Of a stretch of DNA of 64,000 nt, positions 21,748 through 35,701 are shown piece after piece. The stretch comes from Epithemia pelagica. Its lineage: Eukaryota > Protista > Bacillariophyta. The stretch is from positions 744,001 through 808,000 of the forward strand of contig OX337230.1 of the NCBI GenBank assembly GCA_946965045.2. The letters are read 5' to 3'. The translations under genes were made by a program, and so were the position numbers. The notes under the pieces are model-generated. The model was not told the origin of the DNA. It ran no database searches and saw only the letters and a program-made list of their open reading frames with translations. The number at the start of each line of letters is the position of its first letter. The stretch's first letter is position 1.

Positions 21748-24700
21748 ATGTCGCCGCAACAATTCCTTCAACCCAACTCGTTGGATGTGGGTGACAAGGT
21801 CTATGTTCATGATGACCATCATGTGTGGGTACCAGCCATTATTCTGGAGTCTGAACCGGATCGTGTCTTGGTCCAAATTAGTCTTCCCACCAATTGGAAG
21901 GAAACGACCTTGGTGGATCCCACGACGACACTCTGGAACAGCAACAACGCCGAGGAAGAACCAGTCGAACATGCGGCCCATCGTTGGATCCAGTTGGACG
22001 ATTACAAGGATCGGCAATTGCCCTTGCAAAATGAAACGGTGGCCTGCGACATGGCCAATCTCCGCCACTTGCATGAAGCCGCCGTCTTGTACCAAATCAA
22101 GCACCGGCATTTGACGCACAAACCCTATACCCGTGTGGGAGACATTGTCGTGGCCATGAATCCCTGTCACTGGAGCATCCCACACTTGTATTCTGCTCAA
22201 GAGCAACACTTTTATGCCAAACATTTTATTTGGAATGGTACGTCCCACAACATGTGTGTGTCTCGGTACAACGGAAACCGTCGTCTCATTTCTAGTGCAA
22301 ATTTCATGTCCAGCAGATGAAGTCATGACATTCGGACAAGACGACACTGATAAAAAGGACGATGCCAGTATGACGCATTCTCGATCCAGTTTGTCCAGCA
22401 GTGTCTATGACCGTCTCGGGTTTGAACCACACATTTACGAAGTATCGGCCTTGGCCTATCGCGGCATGTTCCTGCACCACCAAAATCAAACCATTCTGGT
22501 CTCGGGCGAATCGGGTGCCGGCAAGACGGAAACCGTCAAGATTGTCTTGGAACACTTGGCCACTCTCGAATCCTCGGCCCTCTTGGTCATGGCCAAGGAC
22601 AGCCACGAGTCCATTCTTCAAACCAATGACTTGGTCCAAAAAATTGTCACGAGTTCGCCCATCTTTGAAGCCTTTGGCAATGCCCATACAATGCGCAATC
22701 ACAATAGCTCTCGGTTTGGAAAAATGACACGATTGCACTTTGCCTCTCTCGACAATGGCATGTGGGGACTCTGTGGATCCACCTGTCAAACCTACCTGCT
22801 GGAAACAAATCGGGTCGTGTCCCAGGCCGACGAGGAACGAAACTTTCATGTCTTTTACCAGTTACTGGCGGCCTCCAGTGACGTGAAAGAAGCAATATTA
22901 GGTACGATCTACAGTTCCGTGATGAAACCGGGAAAAAGATAGACACTGCAGAGTGGACTCACTGGTTTTGACCTTTGCTCGTTGACAACACAGGACCGGA
23001 ATGGCGGGATGCCACCGCGCATGACTTTAAGTACTTGAATAGCTCCGAAAACAAGGAGGGTGAAACATCGGATCAAGAGGAATGGTCCAAGACTTGTTCC
23101 GCCCTAGAGCTCTTTGGACTCCAAGGCAGCTCACTTACAGAACTCACAGAGGTTTTGGGAGTCATTTTGCGTCTGGGAAATATTGTGTTCTCCTCCCATC
23201 AAGATGAAAGCGGCGGCTGTAAGGCCTCCACCTATGACTTGCTCTTGGCGGCGCAGCTTCTAGACATCGAACCAGATGTCTTTGAGCATGCCATGACGAC
23301 ACGAGTGGTAAAGACGGCTCGAGATTGCTTGGAGGTTCCCCTTACGGCAGAGGCCGCCAAAGACTCGTTGGATGCACTGGTGAAACGTATCTACGCCTTT
23401 TTGTTCGCCTGGGTTGTTTCGGCGGTAAACAGCCAGACTTTGGGAGAAAAAGGAGATGGCATTGTCTCGCTCTTGGACATTTACGGCTTTGAACGCTTTG
23501 ATATCAATCGATTCGAACAGTTGTGTATCAACTACGCGAATGAAAAACTCCATAAAAAGTATGTCGATGACAATTTTGCACGTTTCCAAATCGAGTATCA
23601 GAGCGAAGGTCTAGAGATTTTCGACTTTGCCAAGATTGATAATGACACAGTTTTGCAACTGTTTGATGGACCCAAGGGACTTATTGGAAGTATCAGTGAA
23701 GAGTGTTTGCGACCTCAGGGCAACAGCACTGTAAGTTGGACATGCTGTTTTACCAGCCTCACCCGGAACAAAACTCTGACTGGCTCTGTTGTTGTTTGTT
23801 TGCGACAGAATTTCGTGCGTCGTATCAAACAGTTTCATGCCGACAATGATCGATTTGTGAATGACAAACTCGGTGGGCAGTGTCAATTCGGTGTCGTGCA
23901 TTTTGCTGGATCTGTTATCTATGATGCGGATCACTTTGTAGAACGAAACACTGATAGTCTGCCCTCTATCGTAGTCTCTACAATGACCAAGGCGAAGAAC
24001 AGAATCATTCGCGGAGCGTTCAAGGAGATTGCCGATGAAACGACAGCCCGACGAGGATCGCCCAAGAAAACCATTCTAGACAAATTCCGTGTGGAACTCA
24101 AAGACCTGATCGCTTCCATTGACAAGACACAGTCACGGTACATTCGGTGCATCAAACCGAATGAGTCACTCTCGGTGGGGAAGATCGATCAGTCCACGGT
24201 GATGAGGCAACTCAAGTGCGCTGGACTTGTTGCTGCGATTGATCTCTCTCGAGAAAGTTTTCCAAGCAAACTTCCGTTTGCGCAAGCAGAAGAGCGTTTC
24301 CAATGCTTGCTCGATACCGCAACCAAGCAGATGCTACAAGATCTTCCTCCGTATGACAGAGTCCAGCTCATGATGTCGACACTTTTTGCTCCCGTTCTCG
24401 AAGTTTATAGCAACTGCGACTTCACACTACCTTTTGCTTGTGGAACAACTCGAGTTTATTTCCGTGCAGGGGCCCTTGAACTTTTGGAATCGGAACGTCG
24501 AGCATACTTTTCAGCACGAGCGTTGATATTACAACGATGGATTCGCTGCAACATGGCGAAACATGATTATTATCGTACCCGCAAAGCGATTATCCTTGTT
24601 CAATCCTGTGCTCGATCGTACATGCTTCGACTCAAATTTTTGCGGGTCATTGCGAAAGTCTGCTTGATCCAGAACATGTATAGATCCCATTCAGCCCAAC

Positions 24701-26262
24701 TCACATATCTCAGAATGAGGAAGGCCACTATCAATATTCAGACTGTTGTCAGGGGTCACAAATGCAGGCAACGGATGCTACATCGTCGCAACATGGCGAA
24801 AGTGCTCTGCACAGCGCTTCGAATGTTTTGCGCCAAGCAGAACTTTCGCAGAATCAAGCGTTCTGCCGTCAAGATTCAAACACAATGGCGAGCTCATCTG
24901 GACCGTCAAGAGCGTCGACGTAAAATGATCGCCATCTTGACAATTCAATCTGCTTGTCGTCTATTCCTTGAGCTCCGACACGCCAAATCCCAAGCAGCCG
25001 CTATTACGATCCAGTCAGCATGGAGGTCCCATCTGAATGTTTTGGATGTCAAGAGAAATCTCGCTGTTTTACGTATCCATGCAAGCTGGCGTCGGTATCA
25101 ACACCTGAAACTGCGAGCTGTGCAGTGTATCCAATCGTCCTGGCGTTCCTATCAGAACACATACAAGACCAAACGCCTTTTGGCCGCAATCTTGATCCAG
25201 TCATCCTGGCGTGGTCATAGGACGCGGAATCAAACCAAAATGGAAGTCGCGGCCGGAACAATTCAGATGGCATGGAAGTTGCATAGCAGTGTTAAGCAGC
25301 TCAGACACATTGCTGTCTTGAACATCCAATCAGCATGGAGAAAGCATCGAAATTTCCAATACCGACAGCAGGACTCTGCTGCCCTTTGCATCCAGTCGGC
25401 GTGGTTTAATTTTATGTTGCGAAAATCTGAGGAACACCACATGGGCAAAGCTCTCAGCAGCAACGTAGAGACACGTGACCACCAGCACAGAGAAGAGGCA
25501 TGGGATTCACGGTCATCGACGTCTACTCTGCATACTTCTCACAGAAGACAAGACTCTTTTGTGTTGAATCTTCATAGAGAGCTTGGTGCGAAGGACGTGG
25601 AAATTCACCAATTACGTTATGATGTTGCTGCTATTGCCGCGGAAGCTGAGACAGGAAAACAGGAACTTGAGGCAGAGTATGAAGAGAGGTTGGTGGCCTA
25701 CGAAGAAGAAGTCCTCCATTTGCGTGAGATGCTCGATCAATATGAAAGCGAGAAAACCGGGTTTGTTACAAAGGAAGAAGAAATGAAGAAGGATCACGAG
25801 AAGAATGTGGGCAGACTAAAATCGCTGTTGGAGAAAACGCAAGCTTCTCATAAGGAGTACCTCCTCAATGTGACTTCTGTTCTTGATAAAGCGACCGAAG
25901 CTCGTCGTGTCGAAACAGAAAAAATCTTAGATGAAGTTGCTCGAATTAAGAATGAGAAAAACGCAAAGATTGCTTCTCTTACAAGAGAACTTAATGCCAT
26001 GAAGGAGATGTTTCGGAAGAGAAATGAGTTCGACGTGGGTATGGAAACCTCTGCTCAACGGGAACAACTGCTGCGTCTGCTCAGTCCACAAAACATTTTG
26101 AATGTGGTGGAGATGGTTGATCACCGTTCCGAGGGTTCGAAAGAGAGACATATCCAATTAGCCATTACCACACCGGCGGAAGAGCTCATTGACAGCATGT
26201 TTGACGTCGGGAGTCATCTTGATATTGGACCTCGGGGAAGGAGCCCTCCTACCTTGCGGTAA
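21748..26262 (+). CDS. Unconventional myosin: SH3-like N-terminus, motor, ~14 IQ motifs, coiled coil; introns ~22238-22313/22316, 22902-22993, 23731-23808
   Basis: GESGAGKT, NHNSSRFGK, LLDIYGFE, CINYANEKL, FGVVHFAG, YIRCIKPN; repeated IQxxWR motifs; GT-AG introns restore frame. Confidence 0.95.
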
Positions 26263-26354
26263 CTCATAATGGCTACTGTTGGAAATAAAATCATAAAAAT
26301 CTATATTTGATGTATACTAGGCATAATAAAGTCTTGAGATATGTAATGAAACAG

Positions 26355-29300
26355 TTATTGGTCATCGCCACCGACCAAAGCCCCGCGCTGCGCGTTTGGC
26401 TGCATGCAAGAGCGCGCCACACTTTCAAACACCTTTTCAATTTCAGTGGCACAGCGGGTAAAAGGATAGGTCCAAAATCCGTAACGCTGGTTCTTGATGA
26501 GTTCAATGAAGGTGATGAGCAAACCCCAAGGGTGCGGACGGTTTACAATCAACCTCTCAAGAAGGACACGAGTAACTTGTTCTTTCACGACAACACTCTT
26601 CGAATCGCTAAAGAGATACAGCATAACGCACGAGAAATAGTGCGTATGACTCGAAGGGAAACGAAGTTGGTTGGCAACTGCGTTAAGACATATGTAACGT
26701 CCTTTGTCATCCAGCTCCATCAAACGCTGGAACACCTCCATCTCTGGCGTGCGAGAAAGAGTGTATTGAGCGCTGTGAAGACGTGCAATTGCGTGAGCTC
26801 CAACGTAAAGGACCAAAGAGTTCACTTTTCCAACTTGGAGCTCGCTGGTGCCTTCTTTGTACAAAAACGGCAGGAGTCCATTAAGGAAGTTGGAGCGTTG
26901 CCCATCCTTCAAGTAGCCATCGAGGTGTCCTCGAATGCTCTCGATCGGACCCAATACATTGGAGAGAATGGTTGGGCTTCTAGCAATATCGGAGAGGAGG
27001 TCAATCTTGAGGTTCGGCGTGAAAGGGTCGGGGGGATTCATCCCCTTCGGCGTAGCTGATAGTATGATGTTGCGTAGCTGTACACAGTTGTGGGGTATGA
27101 CATTGCAAAAGGAAATGTGATACCCAGAAAGAAAAGAGGGGAAATCGTGAAGAAGTACAAGTAATACACGTAGTGTGCCCTCGTAAAGCTTTTTGATTGG
27201 TGGTGTCAATTCCACCCTCGAGAGATAGGGCTCCAAAAAGAGAAAGTGGTCAATCAACAGTTGGTGCGCAATATGCCAACCTTTCTCACCAGGGAACATC
27301 ATGATGTTGGGCAAGAAGTGGCGATGCGACACGAGTTCAAGCCAAGCAAATGCAAAACCCGGCACGACCAACGGCTGGCAAACATGAAATGCCGATCCAA
27401 ACACACTGAGGATGCCCAAACGAATGCGCTCAAAAGTTGGGTCTGGCTTGTTAATATCCATCACAAGATTCATCAACAATCGGAACCAAGGCCTCTGGTC
27501 CCAAGGAGTTCGTTCCGTCTTTTTCTTCTCGAAATGCCACATCATGGAACGAACGATGGATCCGAGAATCTTGTTAAGCACTCCAAGACGCTGTGCGGCA
27601 ACCTGTTCGGGCGATCCACCAGTGTTCATGTGTCGGAACAAAATCACAAGCAAACGTGTATACATGTCGACAAAACTGTGGTTGAGTGTCTTTGATCCAT
27701 CTGCACCTTGTGAGCTCGACTTGAGCACTGCATCAATCACAACAATCGTAGATAGACGGAGAAAACGTTCCGTGCTTTCTTCAACCTTGCCCACGCCCAT
27801 TTGCTGGAGAACTTGCAGGTACTGGGCAAGATTCTTTTCCACGGTCGATGGGTCGGACTGAATTCGAATCCACCCGTCCAACAAGGCTGCCGCTTGGTGG
27901 CGAGCATTCGGTGGGTCACTGCGCATTGAGGCCTCGGTGAGTTCGGCAACCTTACGGGATGCCTGCATGAGGGTCGACAACGAAGTGGGTGACAAGCTGG
28001 AACCTTCTTCAAACGGAAAGGACTGAGGCAACCGAGACGAGTTAGTGGGAGTAGATGGCTGGAGTTGGGACGCGCTCACGACAGGATCGGCAGCAGCTGG
28101 AAGGCGAGAGCCAGTTTCTTCTAGCATTCGCAGAATTGCCTTACGGTACGCCTGAACAACCTGTTGTGTTGCCTGACTCTTGCCCTCAACAATTCGCGTC
28201 ATTAGGTCAATAAGTTTGGGGAAGTCCGACGGGGTTGAGATACGTTCCATGAAAGCAGTTCGGATGAACAAAAGAGAGAATTCTACCCAAATATGGCTAC
28301 GTCCATTGTCAGTCCGAGCAGCCAGGAAGTTGTCGAGTTCCGGGACGGCAAGAAGCCGACTGCGAACAAGAAGCAGCAGCACAGTTCGGTGAAGTCTACG
28401 CTGAGGTTCGGTGTTCGTAGGGGCATAGGTGGCCCACGTTCCCATGTCTTTGCCGAGCTTCGGACAAAACGAATTGATACTCTCCAGCAGTGCCACCAGC
28501 GCCTCTAGGCGCAACGGCTCCGCCAAACTGAGCTCGTACAATCGCTTGAAGATACCCTGAGAGAAACCAAGAACCATATCTTGTTCCGTCGTAGTGAGTG
28601 GACGGGAAATGTTTCCCGAAGGACCTGCGTTGGGCATGATTTGCTTCACAAGCCCCAACAACTGACGAATCTGATGATCCGGGTTTAGCATCGAAAGCTT
28701 GACTTCAGGAGCTCGAGAAGCCGCCGCAGATAAAAGCGCCGACACTGCCGCATCCAACTTGGAAGCAAGCTGAGAAAGGGTGTCTGCACTTGATTGAGGA
28801 CGTCCAGCACCATCTTTCCCTCCAAGTCCACCCTCTTGGTCACCTGAATCACCCACACCACCAGATCGATTGGATGAGGGAAGGCCGTTTGCACCAGGTG
28901 CATTAGCGGTTGTGGGGGAACTTGTGGATCCCATAGGACCGAGACCTTGCGATGGCCTCGACATGCGTTGAAAACTCTCATAAAGTTGGAAATGTGCAGG
29001 ACGAAGTCCACCTGGCTTTGGCTGCAATTGTTCCGGAAGCGCAGCAGGGTATCGTTGATTGCCACCGGCAAAGATGGACATATCGTAGAAGGGTTGACCC
29101 GTTTGTTCGCGATGAGTGCGCCGAGCGTTCATGGGAGCACCCAGGGTCTCGTCGACATCCTTGACGGCCTTCTCGGTTGCCGCCTTTTCAATCAGCATGC
29201 ATCCCAGCTCCAAGTTGTCCGTGGCACAGATTTGTACACATTGTTCAATGACATTTTGTTCCTGATCATTCATTTTGCTTGAGGCAATGGTTTCGGTCAA

Positions 29301-32300
29301 GAGCCGTCGAAGATGCTGCGAGACGCTGGATCGAAGCGGTTCACGGCACGTGACAAGTGCCAAACTTCCAGCCAAGTTGGCCACCATCAGCTGTCCAGCC
29401 TTGCGCATTTTCATTTCATCACTTTCCATGGCGAAATCCTTGGTAACGATTTCCTTGGTCGTGATGCAAGCAATTGTCACACTTCGCTCCACCACGGGTT
29501 GGATGATTTCTCGAATGGCCTTGTCCACCGCAATCGGGACACAGCGCTTCAGGGCAGCAGTGCTCAAATTCGCGAGCGCCCCGCCGCCTTGGGATTGCAA
29601 CAATTGCGGTAAACTGGGATTTACCGTGACATAGGCAGCCAAATTTGGGATGACCGTACCACTTCCTTCTGGCTGTCCCGAGCCTTCTTTGTGCTGTCGA
29701 TCTTCGGCATTTGCCACGGCTGAGGAAGCCGATGGTTGTGCAGACGCAGGGGGCAGAGCTGGACTCTGTCCTTCGGCACTACTTCCACCGACCCGGTTGG
29801 GCGTGGAAGGTTTCGACGACGCTTGTTGGGACGAGGATGCCGTTCGAATATTAAAGTCAGGATTCCGTTCCTTTGTCGGTGCAATGCGCTGTGCCACCAC
29901 ATCATTGCGCAAGGGAATATCTTCCAGCTTGATTCCGAGATTCTTGCAAAGGACTTCTACTTCAAACTTGATATTCATCTTCAGACCTTCCACGTTGTAG
30001 ACCGAGCGAAATACACCGAGAATACCCATTAACCAAGGATTGGGCGGACGAAAGACAACAGATCCTTTAGCACCTTCCAAAGTTTTGGCCAAAAAGGGCG
30101 CAACTGCAATCAGTTTTCCCGTTTCGTATCCTTGGAGAAGCAACTCTTTGCAATCCAACATGATTTGCAGAATCGGACGATTGCGAGCCAAGGTAATCTG
30201 TCCGAGCCAGATTCCCAAGTTCTTGAGATAGCTTCGTTCTGACGAGGACGTTGTAATCTTGGGGGATCTCAACAGCTTGCCAATATTATGATAGGCGCTC
30301 TTCAAAATGGCTTCTACCAATCCCTTACCGTAATCTCCTAGATAATCCAAAAAGGAGAGATAGAGGGAATGAAAATTGGCTTGGGTACTGATTCGTTTCA
30401 CGACGAGAAACTGCCCCAACCAACCAAAATAGCTTTGATCCAACATGTCTCGTAGCTCTTGTGCCTTTTGTTCGACATTGGACGGTGCCATGTTATTAAT
30501 CATGAATTGGACACGATCGAGGATCGCGTCGGGAGGGGCAGCCAAATCCGCTTCATCGTAGGCCTCGGCCAAATCCGTCACGGCGCGACCCAAGTTGGGT
30601 CCAAATTCGGCCACGCGCGGTTTGGGCAGTTCCAAACTCGTCGGAGTGGATGTCACGGAACGAGTGGTGCTGACCGGAGAGTTCGCCCCTGTACCCGTGG
30701 TACGGTTGCGGTTCTGGCTGCCCTTGGACATTTCTTGTTCAATTTCCGCCACCAACGCGGCATATTTCTCCTTTAAATGAGGGATTTGCACAATGTGAGA
30801 GCAATACTGAGGCCATTCATGAAGACGTCCTTTGAATTGTTCCAACGCAAACATTCCAAATTTGAACATTTTGCCACTGCTCGTCGTGGTGTTGGGAGGC
30901 GACGGTGGTTTGCGCAAGGCTTCTAGGACATAGCGCAAGGCAATACCCAGTGTAATGCTGCTAACCAATTGTTCTTGAATGAGCGCTCCGAACAAAATGC
31001 CCGTGATACGAAGCTCCTTTTCCGGATACTTGGAGAAGAATCGATATTCATCAAACAAGTTATGTACCATGCAAGCAAAAATTTCATTCTCCTTGGAATT
31101 TCCCGACGTCTTGAACCGTTTCAACATTTCCACAATCTCCCCAATGCTTTGTTTGGACGTGTAAATGTTTTGAAAGTACTGCGTCGCCATATCTTCCACA
31201 TCATCCGAAGCGGCACCCGGGGAGGGGCTGCGGGCACCCGTTGCTGCCACACCTGCGGCTTGTTGTTGTCCGGGAGTGGACGCGTTGCTGCCCATACTGG
31301 TCGTGGGTTGCGTGGCGGGCAAGGGAGCGGCCGGAGTAGTGCCCACAAAACTGGATCGCAAGGATGGAAACGCTTGTAGGACGGCATCGGTCAAGGCCGA
31401 AACCGCTTGTCCCAAAGTCCGATCTCCCTGTGTCTGCGCCAAGACGGATGGATCCAATTCCCTCAACAACAGGAGGGACGTGACAAGATTCTCAAAGCTC
31501 ACCAAGGGAGCCGTTTGTCCCTTGCTGGGGTCGGCACGAGGCGCCGCCGAAGGATACTGCACACGAATCCAGTTGATGAGCGCAATGGCAGTGGGAGTCA
31601 CGGAAGGACCACCCTTGAATTTTTCCGTCAACCACACCTTGAGCTGCAAGTAATCATGATCGGACATGACAAAGGCCATAGCCAGGCTAAACTCAATGTC
31701 TTTGCCACTTAGCAACGATCCGACGGCTTCTGTGGGTTTGGGCAAGAGACGAGCAATGTTGATAATGTGCAAAATAGACTGAAGCCGTACCGAAGGTCCT
31801 TCGGCTGCCGTCGATCGCCAGGCTTCCAAACAGGCCGCCACTACCGTATGAGGGGAAATGGCATACAGTCGCCGCAAGGCCGCCGGTCCGTTCTGAACCC
31901 TCCGATGTCCTTGTGGACGGAAAAAGAGAGGAATCAATTCTCGCATGACATCTTGCTTCAGCTGCAAGCCGGCATTATTGTTGTTGTTGTTGTTGTTGTT
32001 GGGTTCATTTCCCGATGTCACCCGTAGCTGTAAGCGGACCAAGCTACATAGCAAGACTTCGGGACATTGCAACAAACATTTGACAAACAAATCTCGCACT
32101 CTCCGAAACAAGGAAGGCACATCACTCAAATACAAGAGTCGATTCAATAGCAAAATAGAAGCCCAGCATTGTGGATTGGGCAAGGCACAATTGGGTGGAG
32201 CCGTAGCCGCATCGGCCAGTTCTTCGTCGTCCAAGGGAACCAAAAAGACGGATGGAGGTACGGCCAACATGCATTCAAAGACACTCAGCTGACCCGACGT

Positions 32301-33616
32301 GTTGCGCCAGGCATTGGTCAAGGCCGGCAAGGGTGGTGTCCCTCCGGCTCCGGCACGGTACATGTCGAGAAGGATGCGGAATTGTTGTGTGTCCTGAAAC
32401 CCAAAGCCAGGGAAATCGAGCGACTCGGCCACCAAATTCCAGTCGAGGGTTCCATAGTCTTCACTCAACACTTGTGCCACCACGACCAAGTTCCATTCCG
32501 TCCCTGGAGGACCACCGCCACCACCATTTCCACCGGTTTGACTACTGCCACCAGGGATCAAACTGGACAAGAGAGCCGAAGACAAACCTGAAGAATCGTT
32601 TTCTTGTTGTTGCGCCTGCTGAGAAGACGCACTTTGTTGAGCCAAAAAGAATATGAGACGAGCCAAGGAACCTTCTGTCACGGTACCCAGTTCCTGCAAG
32701 ACCCCACGAAAGGTTTGTGGAGATCGAGTGCAAGCAGGCCCTAGATCGATCAATACATGTGAAATATGATCTTCCGAAGATTGTGGGAGTCTTCCAGCGA
32801 TTCCATGCAGATTGTCGGTATTGTTGTTGTTGCTGCTAGTATTATTATTGTTGGATGATGAGCTGTTGCTGTTCAAAGGATTCATTGTGAGTTCGTCCAA
32901 GGGCGATGTGGGGAATTTGCTCAGCGTTTGTAATGTCTGTGCCTTGATTGATTTGTTTGCTTTCAACGACTATTTCAAAGAAAATGAGTTTCCGAATCCA
33001 AGGTTTCGATTCGTGTCTCCCAGAAAAGGACTTACATGATGTTGTTCCAAAAGGTTGCGCACGGAATCCACCAAAGACTGATCCCGACTCTTTTGGAATG
33101 AAAAGCTTCCCGTATAGGCCGCGTTCAGCAATACCAACGCCTCTTGCTGTGATACTTCTTCTCCCAGCCCCTTTTGTTCCAGTCGATCCACCTGTATTCG
33201 GATGATTATGATTTGTCAAACCAGACCATCCAGTCGACCGTCGACACACCATGAGAACCACCACAACAGAACGGCATTTGGAATCATGGAGCGTTTGAGA
33301 AACGAACGAACTCTACACTGTAGCGTTTACGGCATCCAAAATGTGCGACTCAACGTACCAAAAATTGACAATATTCACGCACAACGGTACTGGGTGGAAC
33401 GCCAGATTGTACGGAGTGCCCGCTGCTGACTTCTACGAGCAAAGCCCCCGCTGGGGACTGTGCCAACCGTGGCCTCCCTCCTGCGGGTGCCGGGGTGGTG
33501 GTGGTGGTTGTAGCCTCAATGGATGGATGAATCGCAACCAAGGATGACGACGACAATGGCTCGTTTGGAAGGTTGTTGTCTACCGGGTTCTGTTGTTGTT
33601 GTTTCTCTTCGCTCAT
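26355..33616 (-). CDS. CNOT1: CCR4-NOT complex subunit 1; exons 33616-33359, 33191-33036, 32969-26355
   Basis: EYRFFSKYPEKELRITGILFG, FRPPNPW, MNIKFEVEVL, PGFAFAWLELVSHR and RPHPWGLLITFIELIKN. Two phase-0 GT-AG introns join upstream ORFs in frame. Confidence 0.96.
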
Positions 33617-34039
33617 GGGCCATGGCACCCCAGGCCTTGCTTCTTCCTTTTTCGATGTTTCTTCTGTCTGCTTTTCCAGAAGGGTGTGTCTCTTGGTGTG
33701 TTCCTTCTCGTTTTCTCTAAAGACCAAAGCTACTATCACCGATGGGGAGTGGGTCTTTTCCCGGCCGGGGAATTTGGGCGGTTGAGAGCGGGGAAGATAT
33801 TCCGACACTATGAGAATAATCAGTAGATATTCTTTTAGAATAGTCTTGAAAGTACGTTTCTCACGTCACTCTCGATCTTTGGATCTTCCGTAAAGAGGCT
33901 ATCGGATAGCTATCAAGAATGATGATAGGAGTAGCTCCTATTAGGAGCCTATCAAGGATGATGAAGTCAACACTGCACCACCAATCCGCGTGAGATCTAC
34001 CAGATGGTATTAAAAGCAAAGAGCACGATGCTGAATACT

Positions 34040-34089
34040 GTTCGTTGTTCTTATGAGCACTCCCAAAAGTTCCCTAGCTTTGTCGCAAC
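34040..34089 (+). repeat. Diverged ~50-bp direct repeat, copy 1
   Basis: gttcgttgttc...gagcactcccaaaagttccctag..t.tcgcaac, matches 35982-36028. Confidence 0.7.
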
Positions 34090-34150
34090 CACGACAGTTT
34101 CGTGTCTCTTGCAGTTTCTCTCTTGGAGTACGACGACTCGTGTGTCCATA

Positions 34151-35701
34151 TTATCGCATGGTCCTCGTGGCCATGCGTTGTCGCATGGTGCCAAACATGT
34201 AGACAAAATCCGGAAACAAGAGTCGATCGTTTGGTTGCGTCGGAAGTAGTGTGGGATCTCGAGCGGCAATGGCATGGGCAAACAGTTGGTCAATCTGTTT
34301 GGTGGGCGGTGGTGTTCCGGCACGTTCCAAGACCATGTAAGCAGTACCCTTGCGAACTTCGGACAAGGAAAGGGATTGATTCTGGTCAAAGTCAAACAAA
34401 TAAAAGAGTCGTTGAATGGATTGATACAAGTCTCGTGTCATGGGGGGAGGACTACTCGAGTCGTTATTGTTGTTGTTGTTGGCAGTCAATTGCAAGGCTC
34501 GTTGGACTTGTTCTGTTTCATCTCGAGACAGTGGTTCAAGAGCCATGGTTTCGGCATAGTCCAATTGCGTATTGGCCGTCGTCCAGGTTTGATAAAAGGT
34601 GAGAAAATCGTACAAGGCGTGCGCCACAATGCTAGGTACCAAATTACCCCCCGTCACGACATACAACAATCCCAAGGCCAAGCCATTGAAGCATTGCAAT
34701 CCAAACACAATGGCATTTTCCAGCAGCGACACTCGAGGTTGGACATGACCCATGGCAAACAGGACAGCTTGTCCCAACCATACCAACGCCACGGTTGTAT
34801 CTGTAGTCGTAGCGGTATTACTATCGGCCAACATTAAGGTCAAGACGGCTGGTACTTGACATCGAAAGACGATTTCTTCACAAAGTCCCGTCACGACGGA
34901 CAATCGCAAACTTTGGATCAAGGCATCGGGCCAATTGGTAGTGGGTCCATTGCTAATGGGTCCGTTGATCGTCGGTTGGTCGGATTGATTTGCGGTTCTT
35001 GTTTTTGTTGAAGTTGCGGATGTTTGTCGTCCAAACAAGGTAAGGGACATGACAATGGTGGAAAAATTGATTTGTGCAAAGATTCGTCGGTCCGACGACT
35101 CGATCCAATGGCTGAGAGTCACCAGGGGAAGGGCACCCACCATTCCTTGTACGATTGGGATCCAGAGGGGTGTGTCGATTGTGCTGCTACTACTACCCCC
35201 AGACCAGTGTGCCAAGGCCCACCAGTAATCGGGCGCCGCCAATTGGGCCAGGTCGTCCGTGTGAAACAGGACAAAAAGACCCGACACCAGTGTGGACAGA
35301 CTTAAAAGAAGGCCCTGATTGAGCACGAGTGCTTGAATCAAGGGCATGTTCATACCATGACGACGACGACGGACCAAGGATTGGGAGGAATCTTGTAATG
35401 GTTGTTCGGATGATTGCGGGATGCTCGGGGGCCGGACCGCCTCTTTGAGATCAAAGCCGGGTGGTGCTCGTATATTCACCTTGAGCATGGCACTTTCGTC
35501 ATCGTCTTCATCCAAAGGACGATAAAATCTTCGACTCGTTTTGGTACTTGTAGTAGTAACAGTGGCTACCGTGGCATGGCTTTGATGGAACCGAGGGACT
35601 AGGGAAAATCCCTGAGAACAGGGGACCTTGGTGTACCCGAAACAACCAACCATCAACCACAAGAATGGCACCAAAGGGAACCTCCACGACACTGCCATCA
35701 T
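34151..35701 (-). CDS. CPBP/Abi-family intramembrane metalloprotease-like protein with C-terminal EF-hand, probable plastid presequence
   Basis: GLCEEIVFR, LFAMGH and AHALYD motifs; EF-hand loop DFDQNQSLSLSE; N-terminal signal followed by SQG-FS. Confidence 0.8.
   Translation of the reverse strand: MMAVSWRFPLVPFLWLMVGCFGYTKVPCSQGFSLVPRFHQSHATVATVTTTSTKTSRRFYRPLDEDDDESAMLKVNIRAPPGFDLKEAVRPPSIPQSSEQPLQDSSQSLVRRRRHGMNMPLIQALVLNQGLLLSLSTLVSGLFVLFHTDDLAQLAAPDYWWALAHWSGGSSSSTIDTPLWIPIVQGMVGALPLVTLSHWIESSDRRIFAQINFSTIVMSLTLFGRQTSATSTKTRTANQSDQPTINGPISNGPTTNWPDALIQSLRLSVVTGLCEEIVFRCQVPAVLTLMLADSNTATTTDTTVALVWLGQAVLFAMGHVQPRVSLLENAIVFGLQCFNGLALGLLYVVTGGNLVPSIVAHALYDFLTFYQTWTTANTQLDYAETMALEPLSRDETEQVQRALQLTANNNNNNDSSSPPPMTRDLYQSIQRLFYLFDFDQNQSLSLSEVRKGTAYMVLERAGTPPPTKQIDQLFAHAIAARDPTLLPTQPNDRLLFPDFVYMFGTMRQRMATRTMR

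Noticed and set aside
23731-23808. Apparent 26-aa insertion in the myosin motor
   Set aside because: Bounded by GTAAGT...CAG; a stop-free 78-bp intron.
33958-34034. Possible C/D-box snoRNA (ATGATGA...CTGA, with TGCACCACCA complementary to a remembered 18S segment)
   Set aside because: No terminal stem, no D' box directly after the 10-nt match, and a match of this length to rRNA is expected by chance.
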